NCBI RefSeq assembly: GCF_009914755.1
Contig: NC_060934.1
Reading direction: 5' to 3' (one strand)
Length of the DNA stretch: 64,000 nucleotides
Source: the human T2T-CHM13v2.0 reference genome, Homo sapiens
Below are positions 14,091 to 28,123 of this stretch, piece after piece (the first letter of the stretch is position 1; the number at the start of each line of letters is the position of its first letter). The notes below the pieces were generated by a model. It saw only the letters and a program-made list of their open reading frames with translations, was not told where the DNA came from and did no database searches. A program made the translations under genes and the position numbers.

Positions 14091-14899
14091 TGACTCTCCT
14101 TTGCTTATTTCTGATCGTGGTGGTGAAAAGTGGAGTTCTTTTTTCTAGTAGAATGGTGCTTCAATATTTCACATGTAACTTGCATTTTCCTCAAGTTCAT
14201 GTTTATTTTTGAGTTCCTGGTCTCTGAGTTTACTCACCTTTTATTTAAATATGTAAAGTAGAGGCTGTCCCGAGTAGAGGCAATAAGCATTAGACCAAAT
14301 ATTCTATGTACTTTATGACAGTTAATTTTTGAAATAGCTCTGATGAACATAAAACACCAGAGACTGAAATATATTCTATATTATTTATATTTGTCCATCT
14401 TTTATAAAGTTTTATGCTATACTTTTGAGGTACTCTAAATAATTTTAAGAACTTAATTTTTCTGTGTATTAAGAGCAGATTAATATAGCCTCAAGGAAAG
14501 AAGAGATTCCCTGAGAAAGAAAGTCTATTTTATCTCATTTTGTTTCACCAAGTTTTTGGTTGTCAAAATTCAGGTATTCAGTAAACACAAATGTAGATTA
14601 TGTCTATTGAGCTCCACCTTTTAGTTTATTTCCCTCTTAAATCAAATAAAAGTAATTTGAAAACCAAATAAGAAAATGAAACAATTAACAACTGGGAATT
14701 CAAGTACCTAAGGTACATTAAATATGTATGTGCTAACTTATCCCATGGAGCTTTGCTACATCTCAGAACTTGTCAAAATGAATTCCTTTCCCTTGCACTC
14801 CTGTACCATTTTTTCGCTTTATTACATTACTTTATATAGATTACTTGTAATTTCTGTGAGTAATTGTGGTGGCAGGGAAACTGGTTAAGTACAGAGGTG

Positions 14900-15135
14900 C
14901 TTAAAGTGTTGACTTTTTGCTTAGCTAGAAACAGGTCTCTGCCTGTTTCACTATTTAGTCTCTGGTGATCATGCACAAGCCATTTAACTTCTTTATATTT
15001 CAGTTTCCTTGTATGTTAATAGGCCTATTGATACTAACTACATTGCAGGGATTTTGCAATGATTAAATTACATATTTCATAAAAAGCACATGGGCCTATT
15101 GCTCAGTAAGCAGTTAGCTGATGTTATTGTTAATA
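14900..15135 (+). mobile_element. MIR
   Basis: caagccatttaacttcttt ... cagtttcctt ... gattaaat ... gctcagtaagcagttagctg. Confidence 0.65.
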
Positions 15136-15244
15136 TCCTTTCATTCTTATTCTCATCTCTTGATTTCAGAGGTTTGTTGCCTTTTTCCTGAGCAAGGTAA
15201 TAGCAGGGCTATTACATTAGCCTTCTCACTGGTCCCTAACAATC

Positions 15245-15865
15245 AGTAGTCAGTGTGTGGCAAGGAAACTAGATCATGTGAGATATTTTATCAGAAGTGA
15301 TTTAATATAGAAATTGTTCAAGTAGGTTGAGGAGAGGTGCTAGAAAAATAATACTAGAATAACACAGAGCCAATAACTGCAAGAAGCAATTGCACATTTA
15401 GGGTAAATTAAAGGGAAAAAGTGGGGTTTTAGGACCGGCAAGCTCAGATGAGACCTCACTGAACTGGAACCCAGTCTTCTGAGGAGGTGGTATTATCAAA
15501 TTTTGGCAAGGAGCTGAGACCTTTGAGGAGGGGGCACCACCAACTGGTGCTGGTGCTGACGGTATGATGAGGCTTGTTCTGGGAGTGTAGAGAAAGCTGG
15601 AAAGTGGGACCAACTGCTGCTGCCCATGTGAAGTTCTAATCCTGGGGTAATGTAATCAAAAAGACAGCCAAGCAGGAAGGGGTAAGTTCCTTCTCCCTCT
15701 CTTGCCTTCTTGCCTCCCCCAGGGCTTCTTCTGGCAGGTATGAACAGTCTTCCAGTTGGTCAAGTGCAACAAATGTAGTCTGCTGAACCATGAGGTCTGC
15801 ATCAGAAAACAAAGAACAGAAGGATGGGTTTAGAGATAAGAGGCAATATCTTAGTAACCAACACA
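15245..15865. mobile_element. Ancient LTR (ERVL-type; LTR78/LTR33-like, family uncertain)
   Basis: GC-richer block with gatttaatatagaaattg and agcaggaagg...ttccttctccctc...ctggcag...aaatgtagt motifs resembling old ERVL LTRs. Confidence 0.4.
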
Positions 15866-15911
15866 AGTGTCTTTCAAATCCCAGTCTCTTTCATAAACTC
15901 CTATTGGATTA

Positions 15912-16880
15912 AATAATCAACAGAGTGAACAGAGAGCCTACAGAATGGGAGAAAATACTTGCAAACTATGCATCCAACAGAAAACTAATATCCGGAATTT
16001 ACAAGGCACTCCTACAACTCAGTGACAGCAAAAACAACAAAAATAACCCCATTAAAAAGTGGACAAAGGACATGAATATGTATTTTTCAAAAGAAGATAT
16101 ACAAATGGTCAGCAAGCATATGAAAAATGCTTAACATCACTAATCATCAGAAAAGAGCAAATTAAAACCACAATGAGTTAGCATCTTATACCAGTTAGGA
16201 TGGCTATTACTAAAAATACAAGAAATAACGGATGTCGATGAGGATGCAGAGAAAATGGAACACTCATACACAATTATTGAGAATATAAGTTAGAACAACC
16301 TCTATGGAAAACAGTTTGGAGATTTCTCAAATAACTACAAATAGAACTACCATTCAAACCAGCAATACCACTACTGGGTATCTACCCAAAGGAAAAAAAA
16401 ATTGTTATATCAAGAAGATACCTGCATTCATATGTTTATTGCAATACTATTCATAATAGCAAAGATATGGAATCAACCTAACTGTTCATCTACAGATGAT
16501 TGGATAAAGAAAATGTGGTATACATATGTACAATGGAATACTATTCAGTCATAGAAAAGAATGAAATTGTGTCTTTTGCAACTACATGGATGGAACTGGA
16601 GGTCATTGTCTTAAGTGAAACAACTCAGAAACAGAAAAATACTGTGCGTTCTCACTTATTCATAGGAAGTAAATAATGTGTACACATGGGCATAGAGTGT
16701 AGAATAATAGGCATTGGAGACTAAAAGGTGAGGGAGTAGAATTGGGGGTAGATGTTGAGAAATTACCTAATGGGTATAATGTACATTGTTCAGGTGATGG
16801 CTACTCTATAAGGCCAGACTTCACCACTACACAATATATCTATATAACAAAATTATACTTGTACTTCTTAAATTTAAACC
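15912..16880 (+). mobile_element. 5'-truncated L1PB (L1PB4-like) 3' end
   Basis: ORF2 C-terminus (NREPTEWEKILANYAS) plus 3' UTR ggtgatgg...ccagacttcaccactacacaatatatc. Confidence 0.9.
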
Positions 16881-16944
16881 CCCCAAAAATTTCCTACAGT
16901 ATCACTTGGAACACAGCTCTCACCTGCTCCAATATCTTCATGTC

Positions 16945-17560
16945 CTATTGAGCAAAGGAAATTCAATACACACTTTTTAAAAAAGAACCTATTATGAACA
17001 TTGTGCTCTGGGCTATGGAGGATATAGACATGAATAAGAAGTTTTTCTGTCCTCACACAGTTTAATGAAGAACAAGGTTAACAGAAATCATTCCATAGCA
17101 AACGCAGAAAGTACTTAGAAGGAGGAATGTGTCCTGGCTGGTGAGATTCAGGAAGAGTTCATGGAAGGATAAGTAAAAATTCACATTCAATAGTGTGGCC
17201 TCTTATACTTGGCTGACTTTTCACTATACCCATATTTTTATTTTTTTATTTTTTTGCTACTATGTAACTATTTCCTGTTTAGCCTTCAGTGTTTATTTTC
17301 TGTATACTTTTTTTCTCATGCCAGTCACTTAGACATATGGCCAATGTTACTGAGTGCCTTCTATGGGTGCTTTCAGCTAGTTGTAAGGATACAACATTGA
17401 ACAAATGAGACAAGGTGCCCCCATTATGGACCTTGCCCTCTAGGTGGGTAGGCAGTTCTTAATATTAAAAGGTCACCCAAATGAATGCAAAGTTGCACAT
17501 TTTGGTTGGTGCTGGGAAAGACAGGTGCAAACTGCTATGCTAGTAGGGTGATCAGGTTTC
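16945..17560 (-). mobile_element. L2 fragments
   Basis: ttactgagtgccttcta ... ggatacaacattgaacaaatgagacaagg ... ccattatggaccttgccctctag. Confidence 0.55.
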
Positions 17561-17749
17561 ATTCTGGAGTCACAAATGGCTTCCCTGAGGTATAGGTGTT
17601 AGGTTAGGTTGAGTCAAGAAGGCTGTTTCCAGCCTGTGCAGATCTCGGAACAGAAGAAGCAGAGTATGCATCTGAGGAAAGGTCACTATGGGTGCAGAAA
17701 AAGGGAATGAGGAGTGTGTACAGCACTTTTCACACAGTAAGCATTTCTC

Positions 17750-18010
17750 AGGGTCAGGTTCAAAAGGCACCTCCTCCATGAAGCCTTTCTTAAAATACTT
17801 GAACACTAAAAAGATCCTCCCTCTTTTTAGCTCTTAACCATTGTGTATCTCTCATGAGGGTGTTTATTACATACTGCCTTGGTTTGTGATTATTTATGTG
17901 CAAGTTTGATTGTCTGTGCTCAACTGTAAGCTTCTAGAAACCATAATTTGTCTCATATCCATCTTTGTATCCTTCAGTGTCATGAGTTCTTAAAAAATAT
18001 TTGCTGAATA
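17750..18010 (+). mobile_element. L2 3' end
   Basis: cacctcctccatgaagcctt ... actgtaagctt ... catctttgtatcc ... aaatatttgctgaat. Confidence 0.65.
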
Positions 18011-18408
18011 AGGTCACTTCCTCAGTATGCCTGCTGGCACTTAGATGGTGTGTTCAGTTACATGCAACAGTTTAGTGTAACTGTTTCTTTCATTCATTGT
18101 CTCATATTACTAACTGACTTGTCCGTGGAGAACATTGGCAGTTGATTGACATTTGTGTATAACAGGTGAAGAAGTATTCACTGGCCCACTTTGGGAAAGA
18201 CAGAAGTATGGAATTTGAGGACCGGTACCTTAGATCTCTATGAATCACAGTGAATGGCTGCTTAACCAAAAGTGTTCATAAATCTGTAGCATTGCAAAAT
18301 GTAGGTTCAACCAACCAAATTTGCTTTATCTTTTTATTTCACCATCTGTGTTGGCTTGTTCTGATTTCCATGTCATTAGACAAGGAGAAGATGATCATCT
18401 TCCCGTAG

Positions 18409-18806
<398 letters not shown>

Positions 18807-19318
18807 CTTCCTGATATCTTCTAAGTCTCTTTGCAACAACCTGAGTGGACCCATTCTCCTGTGCTCAGGACCTAGCTCTAGGTATTCCCTTATCTTTCTT
18901 AGAATATGGTCATTCACTGGCATCTATGATGGAACAGAAAAATAGCTGGAAAATGAAAACTACAAAACTCTCACTCAACATTATTTTACAATAGTGTAGG
19001 AGTTAATAGTTGTGGCAGAACTGCATCTTCTAAGGAAAACTGCGCTATGACAAACAGCCCCAGAGTGAGAGGCAGTCAACTCACTGTCAGGGTGACCCAT
19101 AAGTCCTAATGGGTGGGAATGATCATTATATGAAGACTATAAATCTGATTAATGTGCACTCTGAGATGAGGTATAACATTTCATGCCAAATGAGGTAGGG
19201 GTAGGTGAGAAAGGATGATAGAAACAGCTGGTTCTGCACATGTCTGAAGGACCATAGTAAAATTACAGTGACATAGAGAGATAAGTAAACAAACATAGGG
19301 AATGTTCAGATGGATATA

Positions 19319-19337
19319 TGTGTGTGTGTGTGTGTGT
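19319..19337. repeat. (TG)n microsatellite
   Basis: Direct reading. Confidence 0.85.
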
Positions 19338-19705
19338 ATTTCAGTGTTTATATAAACATATACCTAAACTTATTTATAGACTCATAGCTGATGAATGAAC
19401 CTTCACAAATATACTATTTCCAGTCCCCAAGTAGTGGGGTACACAATTTTATTCTCACTGTAAAAGCTTATTCTTTGGTAGGACATATTGCCAAATTTTT
19501 CACTGTGGGACTAATCTGGAGGCCATACGGTGACATTTAATTTATGGGCAATATTATCTAACAGCATTCCTTTAGCAGTTGGTAATTGTAATGTTTCATT
19601 ATCTCAGTTTAGTTTTGTCATAATCTTGTGACATGGGCTGATATCATTATTCCACATTGATAAAGAAAGATATTTAAAGACAAACACAATTCCCATTAAG
19701 TTGCA

Positions 19706-19745
19706 GTGTGTGTGTGTGTGTGTGTGTGTAGGGTGTGTGTATGTG
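19706..19745. repeat. (GT)n microsatellite, interrupted
   Basis: Direct reading. Confidence 0.85.
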
Positions 19746-20284
19746 GGATTGTTTTTGAGTCATATAGGACATTCTTCCTCGTAACTGATATTCTGGATTA
19801 AATTTTAATTTGTGGAGTCTTGGGCAAAGTCTAAACCTAAATAATGTTTGGGAAGAGGGGCCATAACCTGAAAATCTGTGTCAGATTGGCCCTATAAGAG
19901 AGAGGTGAGCGTACTGGATTCTGGCTTCAATACATCTATTCCCCTTTCTAGATGAGTAAAGAGTAAGATACAGTTCTACCCTTCCTTTTCCCTCTCTCCT
20001 CTCCTATTCAGAGTCTATTCTATCTTATTTCACTTTGTTTTTATGGATGAATTTTACTGCAAAGGGTAAAGTCCAGCCTGCCCTTTGTCAAGAAAGATTA
20101 GACCTCATTATCTGTCCTCATTTCTCAAAGGCATGAACCAGGAACAATCAGAGTAACTTCTTTGGACCTTCCAGCACGAGAAAGAAGTGTTCTCTTCCCT
20201 ATAGGTTAAAGACTGAGATGGAAAAGAAATAAAACAAATGCTTCTTGATTCTGACTTTTGTAGTATGTAGCCCTGCTATATATA

Positions 20285-20619
20285 CAGTTGTCCCTTGGTA
20301 TCCATAGGGGGATTGGTTCCAGGACCCAGAGCGGGTACCAAAATTTGCAGATGCTCAATTCTCTAAATAAAATAGCATAATATTTTCATATAACCCAGAA
20401 ACGTCCTCCTGTATACCTTAAATCATCTCTAGGTTACTTATAATACCAAATAAAAGGCCTACATACCACTTCATTCTCATGGATTCAGTGTAGTACTTGG
20501 CACACGGCAAATTCAAGTTTTGCTTTTTGGAATTTCATGAAAACATTTTTCTGAATAGTTTTGATTTGCATTTGGATGAATCCATGGGTGTGGAACTCCA
20601 GGATGAGAGCTGCCTACTG
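20285..20619. mobile_element. MER2 (MER2B-like) TcMar-Tigger DNA transposon
   Basis: TA-cagttgtcccttggtatcc...ggattggttccaggaccc ... ggcaaattcaagttttgctttttggaa ... actg-TA; TA on both sides. Confidence 0.88.
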
Positions 20620-23035
20620 TATTCAGTCTGTGCAGCAACTGGTAAAGGACACAAACAAGAAGTATGATGAGGTCTAATCTTTCTTGACATGAGGCAGGCT
20701 GGTCCTCACCTTTTTATGAAGAAAACTTTGATTCAGAAACTTTAATACACAGATATATTTGTGTACATGTATGTACATATTTATGTACTTAAGAATGTTG
20801 TGCAAGGTCACACAGCAACGTCATGGTACAGCCAGGGCTTACCAGGTGGCATAGGTTTTACATCTCCCTCAATATTTATTAAACTACAAACATCCCTCAG
20901 AGATGCTGAGAATCGCAGAGTCCCTCTGTAATATGATCACATGCTGTCTGTTTTTCCTCTAGCTGATTCCTGAAATGCTGGAGTTGGCAGGAAAAAAAAG
21001 ATAAAGGTGAAATTAATTAAATGGGATCATGCATGTGAACACAGTTTGTAAATTCTAAGGTCTTACAAAAGATTTCTATATTAGTAATAGTTGCAATATG
21101 CTCATTTACATGAGCCACTTGTCATTCACAGCTAATTACTAAGCAGTACAGTAACAATTATGTGGATGATGAAATACACATCAGATCAACACTTTTGCAA
21201 GCTGTTTCAGTTACAATATTCAACTCTCTTCCCTTGGTTTCCATCTTCTAAGTATATTGCTTAGGAAACTTGGATAACTACTGACAACTAAGAAGAATTA
21301 TGAACATTCATCATACAGGAAGTAAACATTCATCCAAGAAAAACAAGTGATAGAAATGAAAGATGAGATTCTGTTTCTGAGCTGCCCATTGGCTTTTCTT
21401 ATGAGGACTGAATCTGTGGACTCTGTGAAATTTTCATATGCATTGTTACACTGTCTCGGAAAAGGCCATTTAAGTTTACAACATGAGAGAGCTAGCAGGC
21501 CCTCATCAAGTTCTGCAATTCTAACTGTATGTCTCCATTGGTCTCACATCTATGCCCTTGAGTTGGTTTCTACTCATGCCATTTTTCCAAAACAACTGTA
21601 ATTAGTGTAAAAGTTGAACAAGCAAATATTAACTTGGCTGGGATATGATTTTCAAACTACATTACAGTAGAGAACAAAGTTTGTAATGAGATTCTGTGTA
21701 CTACTATTCAAAGCAATTAGGAGAAATGAGTATTGAGCTCTTAACATTCTGACAAGTTATTTCAATATTGTGTCCAAATAAAGGAACTTTTTGTAATCAA
21801 AAAAACTGATTGATTTCTTGAGATTTCATAACATGAGACAAAAAAAGAAACAGTCATCACTGATCTTCCAGCAAGTCACAATTGTAATGTATTGAAAAAT
21901 TTAATGGCCTTGACTTTAGAAGTGTAATGAGTTTTGTAATTGCTCATGTGAGAGGTTTTTGGTTATGCTGAATATACGGGTGCAAATAAGCAAATATAAC
22001 AGGTGACATTTGTTGTTCTAATAAAATAAATCCAGCTTTGAACAAGTTTAGTGTAAAAGTTATAAATAATAAAGAAACTTTAAGAAAGAGAATATGTGAT
22101 CACAGTATTTTTATGGGAAGGTAGGACATCTTGAATACTAATCTGGAATTTTATTGGTAAGAGGGGCCATTTATTGAGTTCTTAGTGTATTTTGAATTTG
22201 GCCGAGGCACTGACTATCCGGTTTAATCCTTATAAGCAATCCTGTAGGAAAATACAGCGTGGATTATCTAAGTAACTTTCCTGAGACCACATAGCCAATA
22301 AATGGAAAAGATAATTCAGTTGTGGGCCAATTTCAATATTTCTACTGTCCTAGAGGTTTTGCATAAATATGTGATATTAGAAAGAATTAAATATCAGAAT
22401 AGTTATGCACGGGGATTTGAGAGAAAGCTCCACAATTATATAGTGAGCATTTCAGTCAAGAGGGAGAAGTGATAAAATTATGTGTAGAGATGAGTAGGTC
22501 CTGTTTGGATAACTCATTTGTCTGCATCTAATCTGTATCCTCAGAGTTTTGTAGCCTGTTTATATCACATTTAATTTGATATTTGTTCTTTCAAAATCTC
22601 CTATAATTGGGTTTCTCCTCCAGGTCAGGGATAGATGAGGTTAATCACAACAGGATCAATGAAAATACTAACCAGTAACATTCCCAGAGCCATTACAATC
22701 TGACTAACAGAAGGATGGAGTAGAAATAACCATTCTGTTTTCAACAAACTTTTGATTTTATCTCATTTTGAATGGGCACAAGAAAATCTAAGAGAGATTC
22801 TCTTTAAGAATTTTATTCAAATGTCCCCTTGGGTAAAGTTTGTATGGAGACTCTCAGAGCTAATATATGAGATACTACTTTGATTGTTGAACGAAAAAAG
22901 TAAAGAAATAATTATGATAAATCAAATGAAAACTGTATTTATATTATTAAACTGAAGAATGTGTGGCTTTATTACTTTATAGAATGAAGAGTTCTTAAAT
23001 CATGTAAGGAATATTTTGTTCTTAAGACAAAGTTG

Positions 23036-23406
<371 letters not shown>

Positions 23407-24349
23407 CTAGTTTCAAATATTACCACATTTCAAAGTTTCTTTTCAAGGCCTATTACAGAAAACTTCAAGCAGCAGTCACCAACTCATGACATGGCTTTTT
23501 TATTCTGAATGAGGCTTGAGATATTGTACAAAAATGAGTGGATAGTTAAACTTTTTTTGAGCTGGGTGCATAAAATGAACTCTTGACTTTTTATGATAGC
23601 CAAGAAATCTTCCCACACACAATCTGCAGGCCAGTTGCAAGTAGCTGGTGATCTCCATGGTCAGGTAAGTTGGTAGGTATCTGCCTACAAGATGTAATTT
23701 AATGGGTATGAAAGGTCTTTTATTTTTTCCCCTTCACACCTGTCCTGCAGGTATCACAGGGACTGAAATTCTGCTAGCCAACTGCACTTTAGATTCAGAT
23801 TCAATTTATACTTTTTCTAAGCACCAACTATACACCCAACTATTGCTGAATTTTTTATATACATGGTTTACGTGTTTAGTTTTTATGAGTGTTTTCCCCT
23901 CTTACAACCTACATACTATAGATATTTTACAAGTCAATCAAGAGTCACATGTGGGCAAAACTAATTTAGTATTCAAGTGAGAAAAATATAAAGTAGTCAC
24001 AAATATTTGATTTTAAGATTAAAATTAGTAACCCCCAATTTTACTGAAATAACAGGAGCTATGTCTTATTCATCTTAGTTCATTGTATTCTTCCTAACAC
24101 GCACACAAACACCCTTGGCTCTCCTTATGTGTAAATGACATTAAATACACATAATGAATCCTAAACAGAATAAACTGGTGACATCTCAAAGTAGTTGAAA
24201 GGGAAAGAAGCAACTAACATAAAGAATAAAAGTGTAAAGAGCCCAGAGTAATAGGGAGGCCAGGACAGGCCAGACTTCAAGGACAAGGAAGATGAATAAT
24301 GGGAAACTCATAGAGAAAGTCAAGGATAACCTGGGGTTTATTCTGAACA

Positions 24350-24845
24350 TTGCAACTCCTGTCACCATGCTCTCAACAGCAGTTCCCTGTTACTTAACAA
24401 TCCATCAGTGCCTTCTATTTCCTATAGAATAAAGTCTGGATTATTTAGCCAGGTTATGCCAGGGTCTCCAAAACCTGTCCCATCTGTTCCTCTAGCATAG
24501 CTGATTTAGCCTCTCTAACCACAGTCTTTCCTGTAATGGGCATTTGTACCTGCCATTCTTTTTCTTCTTTCCTAACCATTCCACAAGCCAGCCCAAACAT
24601 CTTCTGCAAAGCCTTCTCTGAGTTAATCCTTTCATCCTCTGTGCTGTGGTACCTCCTACACACTTTATATTGTAGCTTATTTGATCCAATAATTGCAATT
24701 TTATGTTTCCCTGGCCAAATTATCCACTAGACTGGGAACTCTTTGGAGACAGAAATTACACTCTACTTACTTATGTGTCCTCAGCCTTTTGTTCAGAGAC
24801 TGTGGCATGGTAGGCATTCAGTAGATATCTGCTTGATGTGTGAAA
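24350..24845 (+). mobile_element. L2
   Basis: tcctatagaataaagtc ... ccactagactgggaactctt ... ggcatggtaggcattcagtagatatctg. Confidence 0.65.
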
Positions 24846-24944
24846 ATATGGAAATTTATGTTTCTTAGCCTGGCAGTCAAGGTCCTCTTCCAGTCTCACT
24901 TTCTAAAGATAAAATGTCATAAGGATTTGGTAAGCTTTTACTTT

Positions 24945-25090
24945 TCTAGGGATGTAAAATGAGGATGATAAATGTGCCTACTTCAATGGGTTATCATGAA
25001 GATTAAATAAAATGGTACATGTAAAACATTCAGCATGGTGTCAAATTGTTGACAAGGACTCAAATGGTATTGACTAGTATCATTATATGA
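24945..25090 (+). mobile_element. MIR
   Basis: tgtaaaatgaggatgataa ... tgaagattaaat ... catgtaaaacattcagcatggtg. Confidence 0.7.
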
Positions 25091-26422
25091 CACATTTTTC
25101 AATATAGATAGGTTTTTAAGATTATGTAAGAATAAATAAGTATAAGTATATGGTAAAGACTTTCAGTGCTGTGGAAATACTGAAGAGGATCACATAAAGG
25201 GGTGGAGTCGGGTAAGGAGTCAACACTGTCAGGCATCTGAATGCAGAGTAGGGAAAGCAGAGGGAAATTCCAAGGACAAGAAATCAAGACACCAGATCAG
25301 GGGGATTTAAAGATTACTTTCATTGAAAGAATTTTTTTCATAAAAATCTTTAACAGAGGAGGAAAGCTAGAGTATATTATGTTTAAATAAGCTGAAATTC
25401 TTGAGTATTTTGTGAAAGTTCTTCTCTGTGCTCAGTTTGACATATTTTAAATTAGAGGCTATCTTGATAAATTGCTTAGAATCTGAGCTTAAATTTCTTC
25501 CCTTCATTTTGTTGACAGAAGTCCTACATTGCTGATTTGCTTTCATTTTGTCTTAAGTCGGGACATTTCCCATGACAGTTAAATAATTTCTGTAATAACA
25601 CTTCATGCATAACTGCTGGCTAACTATAGCATTATCCTTGCCATTTCTTTTTATAAGCATATACCATGAAAATTTGTGACAATTTTGTTAAAATATACAG
25701 TCTCAAATTGGTTTCTTACACATTCCTGTGAATTCTGAATTCTCTTCTTTGAAAGCTTCCTAGATAGCTCAGCATTCACTGGGTTCTCCACTTACTCCCT
25801 TGAAGGAGATTTTGAGTGCTTTGAGCAGCTATTACAAACTAGTTAACGGACTTGGGCCAAGTCAGTGCTCTCTTTTCTGCTTCCATTTTATCTCTTGCTG
25901 AATGGGAAGCTCTACCAAGCTCTATTCCTCCAGGGAAAGAGTGTACAGATAAGTGAAACAACATATTTGAACTATTTTATAGATCCCTAGAAGAAAGGAA
26001 CCAAGAACATAATTCTTTGACCTAGTTAACAATTTTTGGCCTGCTTTGTGCTATTGTTGGGTTTGTAGTGACCTTTGTTTGCTGTTTTCCCTTCCTTTCT
26101 GCTCTGTGGACTACTGTCAATTTATTGTCACTACTTCAGGCACATAAAACTGGTGAACAGCAAGGAGATTCTTTACTCTCAGTTATTAGACAATATCTGT
26201 CTTTTAGAAGTACCATACAGATGAGGATACAGTTCAAGTTTCAGTCAGGGATTTATCTCCCAGGCATCTTTCTACCAAAATGTGTTGACCATCTCCCTTA
26301 TCACTATGCTATCATAAAATAAGTATTCAAATAACCATGGCTTTATACATTTGGCCAAGTTCAAAAAGAAAGGTTGCTCTTCTAGCAAATACATGTAAAC
26401 AGCTTGAGAAGTACAATAAAAG

Positions 26423-27401
26423 TGCATCCTGCCGCAATCTGTCATTCCATGCCCACGCTGTTAGGTGCTGCTCTTCACGACCATGTCCAAGACTCTGAAA
26501 AAGTTTGTGGAGAGCCAGGAAGTGGACAGGGTGACTAGGTCATCTACAACATGCTGTATGTCAATGGCACATTTTCCTTATCCCATACCATACAACTGGT
26601 CCTCAGCCATAACAAGCTCACAGTGGTGCCACCAAACACAGCAGAACTGAAGAATTTGGAAGTGCTCAACTTCCTTAATAGCCAGATTGAGGAGCTGCCC
26701 ACACAGATCGGCAGCCTTCAGAAACTCAAACACATGAACCTGGGCATGAATGGGCTAAATACTTTGCCTGAAGGATTTTGCTTTCTACCCAGCTCTTGAC
26801 CTTCTGGACTTGATGTACAATTTGAATGAGAATTCTCTTCCTGGAAACTTCATCTACCTTACTACCTTCCGTGCACTCTTATGTAAGTGACAATGATTTT
26901 AAAATCCTGCAACCAGATATTAGGAAGCTCACAAAGTTGCAGATACCCAGCTTTAGGGATAACAACCTGATCTTGCAGCCTAGGGAAACTGGGGAGTTTA
27001 CCCAGCTTAAGGAACTCAACATTCAGGGCAACTGCCTGACCCTTCTGCTCCCAGAACTAGGAAACTTATATTTAACTGGTCAGAAGAAGGTATGCAAAGT
27101 GGAGAACAGCCCCTGGGTTACCCCAATTGCTGGCCAGTTCCAGCTTGATGTGTCCTGTGTGTCTGAATGTGTCTGTTCTGAGACATATGAGTACCTCTAT
27201 GGCAGCACATGCAGGCAAATCCAGAACCACCAAAACATAATAATCACAAATCAGAAAAGATGAGCTGGAAACACCTGACAGACAGTAACAAATAAGAGGT
27301 GGGCATTGGCTGGGCCTCTGGCCTCTTCTCTCACCAACATTTCTGTCCTTTCTTGCTCTGTCTCTCAAATAAATGCAATGTGCGTGTGAAAAATAAAGAC
27401 A
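26423..27401 (+). pseudogene. RSU1P3: Processed pseudogene of RSU1 (Ras suppressor-1, LRR protein); CDS-homologous span 26483-27295; probably RSU1P3
   Basis: Translations MSKTLKKFVES, LSHTIQLVLSHNKLTVVPPNTAELKNLEVLNFLNSQIEELPTQIGSLQKLKHMNLGMN and SDNDFKILQPDIRKLTKLQI...GNLYLTGQKKVCKVENSPWVTPIAGQFQL match RSU1 across different frames (frameshifts, stops, N-terminal deletion). Intronless; AATAAA at 27368; A-rich remnant ~27389-27401; TSD tacaataaaag at 26412-26422 and 27402-27412. RSU1 origin is secure; the P3 number is recalled from locus context. Confidence 0.92.
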
Positions 27402-27799
27402 TACAATAAAAGGCAAAATGTATTTTATAACTCAACATTCTATCCTTAAATACTTGGGAATTACTCTTTTAACAAGTTCAGTTACTAGCATAAGTGATTT
27501 AACAAGGAATCAAGTATAATTGGATTCTAAGTACCTTCAGGTACAATTTGACCCAAATTGTTTTATTCAGTAACAGAAGAAAACACTGCACCTTATTTGT
27601 AACTTGACTGCATTTTCTAGGAAGCAGATAAGGTCAGATACTTCAGAAGAACTATTTATCTGCAAGGAGATATCCTTGTACCACACAGAGATTTAGAGGA
27701 ATTAAAAAAAAATTTTGTTTAAATTTTTTTTGTGTGTATATGGTGCAATTCAGTGCTTTTCCACAAATGATTCAATGGGAGACCATAGAAATAAGTTAG

Positions 27800-28025
27800 T
27801 ATTAGTGTGGTCTTTGAAGCCAAACTGACCTCTTTACATAACTAGGCTTCAGCTGTGTAATCTTAAGCACGTTACTTAAATCCTCCAAGACTCAGTTAGC
27901 TCATCTATAAAATGGAGTTAAGCGTCTAACTTTTTAATAGAGCAAGATTAAATGAAATTAGGAATGAAACATGCTTTGCACAGTACATGGCACATAAGAA
28001 GCAAACAATAACTATTAACCATACT
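27800..28025 (+). mobile_element. MIR
   Basis: agctgtgtaatcttaagcacgttacttaa ... ctcagtt...catctataaaatgg ... gattaaatga ... tggcacata. Confidence 0.8.
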
Positions 28026-28123
28026 TATTCTCATCTATAAAGTAGATGAAATGACTTCCCATTTTAGACTCTGCAGAACCTAATTATATTATAGTTAAAA
28101 ATATGCAGTATAAATGCTAGCCT

